From positions 14,842,006 to 14,891,077 of the forward strand of contig NC_057720.1 of assembly GCF_004010195.1 (NCBI RefSeq): a stretch of DNA of 49,072 nucleotides, given 5' to 3'. The position numbers and the translations under genes are program-made. Positions 48,708 to 49,072 of the stretch are shown here, in pieces. Position 1 is the first letter of the stretch, and each line of letters starts with the position of its first letter. The DNA is from Chiloscyllium plagiosum (lineage: Eukaryota). The notes under the pieces are model-generated. The model saw only the letters and a list, made by a program, of their open reading frames with translations. It made no database searches and was not told the DNA's origin.

Positions 48708-48992
48708 GACATAGAACATAGAACATAGAACAATACAGCACAGAACAGGCCCTTTGGCCCATGATGTTGTGCCGAACATTTGTCCTAGCTTAAGCACCCA
48801 TCCATGTACCTATCCAATTGCCGCTTAAAGGTCACCAAAGATTCTGACTCTACCACTCCCACCGCCAGCGCATTCCATGCCCCCACCACTCTCTGGGTAA
48901 AGAACCTACCCCTAACATCTCCCCTATACCTTCCACCCTTCACCTTAAATTTATGTCCCCTTGTAACACTCTGTTGTACCCGGGGAAAAGAG
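48708..48992 (-). mobile_element. Young CR1 3' end with (tatgttc)n tail
   Basis: TRGHKFKVKGGRYRGDVRGRFFTQRVVGAWNAL. Confidence 0.9.
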
Positions 48993-49002
48993 TTTATGCT
49001 CA

Positions 49003-49072
49003 AAACATCCTCTCTCCTGCACCACACCTTTTTGACTCTGATCTTCAGCATCTGGAGTCCTCACTTTCTCCT
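49003..49072 (+). mobile_element. pLTR (family A) terminal fragment
   Basis: gcaccacacc...ctctgatcttcagcatctggagtcctcactttctcct. Confidence 0.8.

Overview
This is eukaryotic, repeat-saturated DNA, almost certainly from a shark, inferred from the many HE1 V-SINEs and HER1/CR1 LINEs. No complete host gene is visible and most ORF-track entries are retroelement debris. Repeats present: HE1 SINEs, CR1, Rex1/Babar, Tx1 and L2 LINE fragments, DeuSINE-type and other tRNA-SINEs, two solo LTRs, and Penelope-like elements (PLEs; RT plus GIY-YIG). Non-repeat content: a processed RPLP0 pseudogene (17390-18259), a CpG-rich candidate first exon (~3.85-4.15 kb), a candidate 49-nt exon, and an unidentified candidate 89-codon terminal coding exon (11505-11776, minus). 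There is a 363-nt assembly gap. The most notable signal is a dense population of small non-coding insertions (about 60-400 bp) built from PLE pseudo-LTRs. Many are fold-backs with 13-16 bp target-site duplications and a shared terminus. They carry minimal hammerhead-ribozyme motifs (CUGANGA...GAAA...UH) of at least three sequence families, and their fold points cluster at the ribozyme. Hammerheads in PLEs are known; whether these mini fold-backs are a self-standing mobile family is inference. Repeat family names come from recognition, not database searches, and boundaries are approximate.
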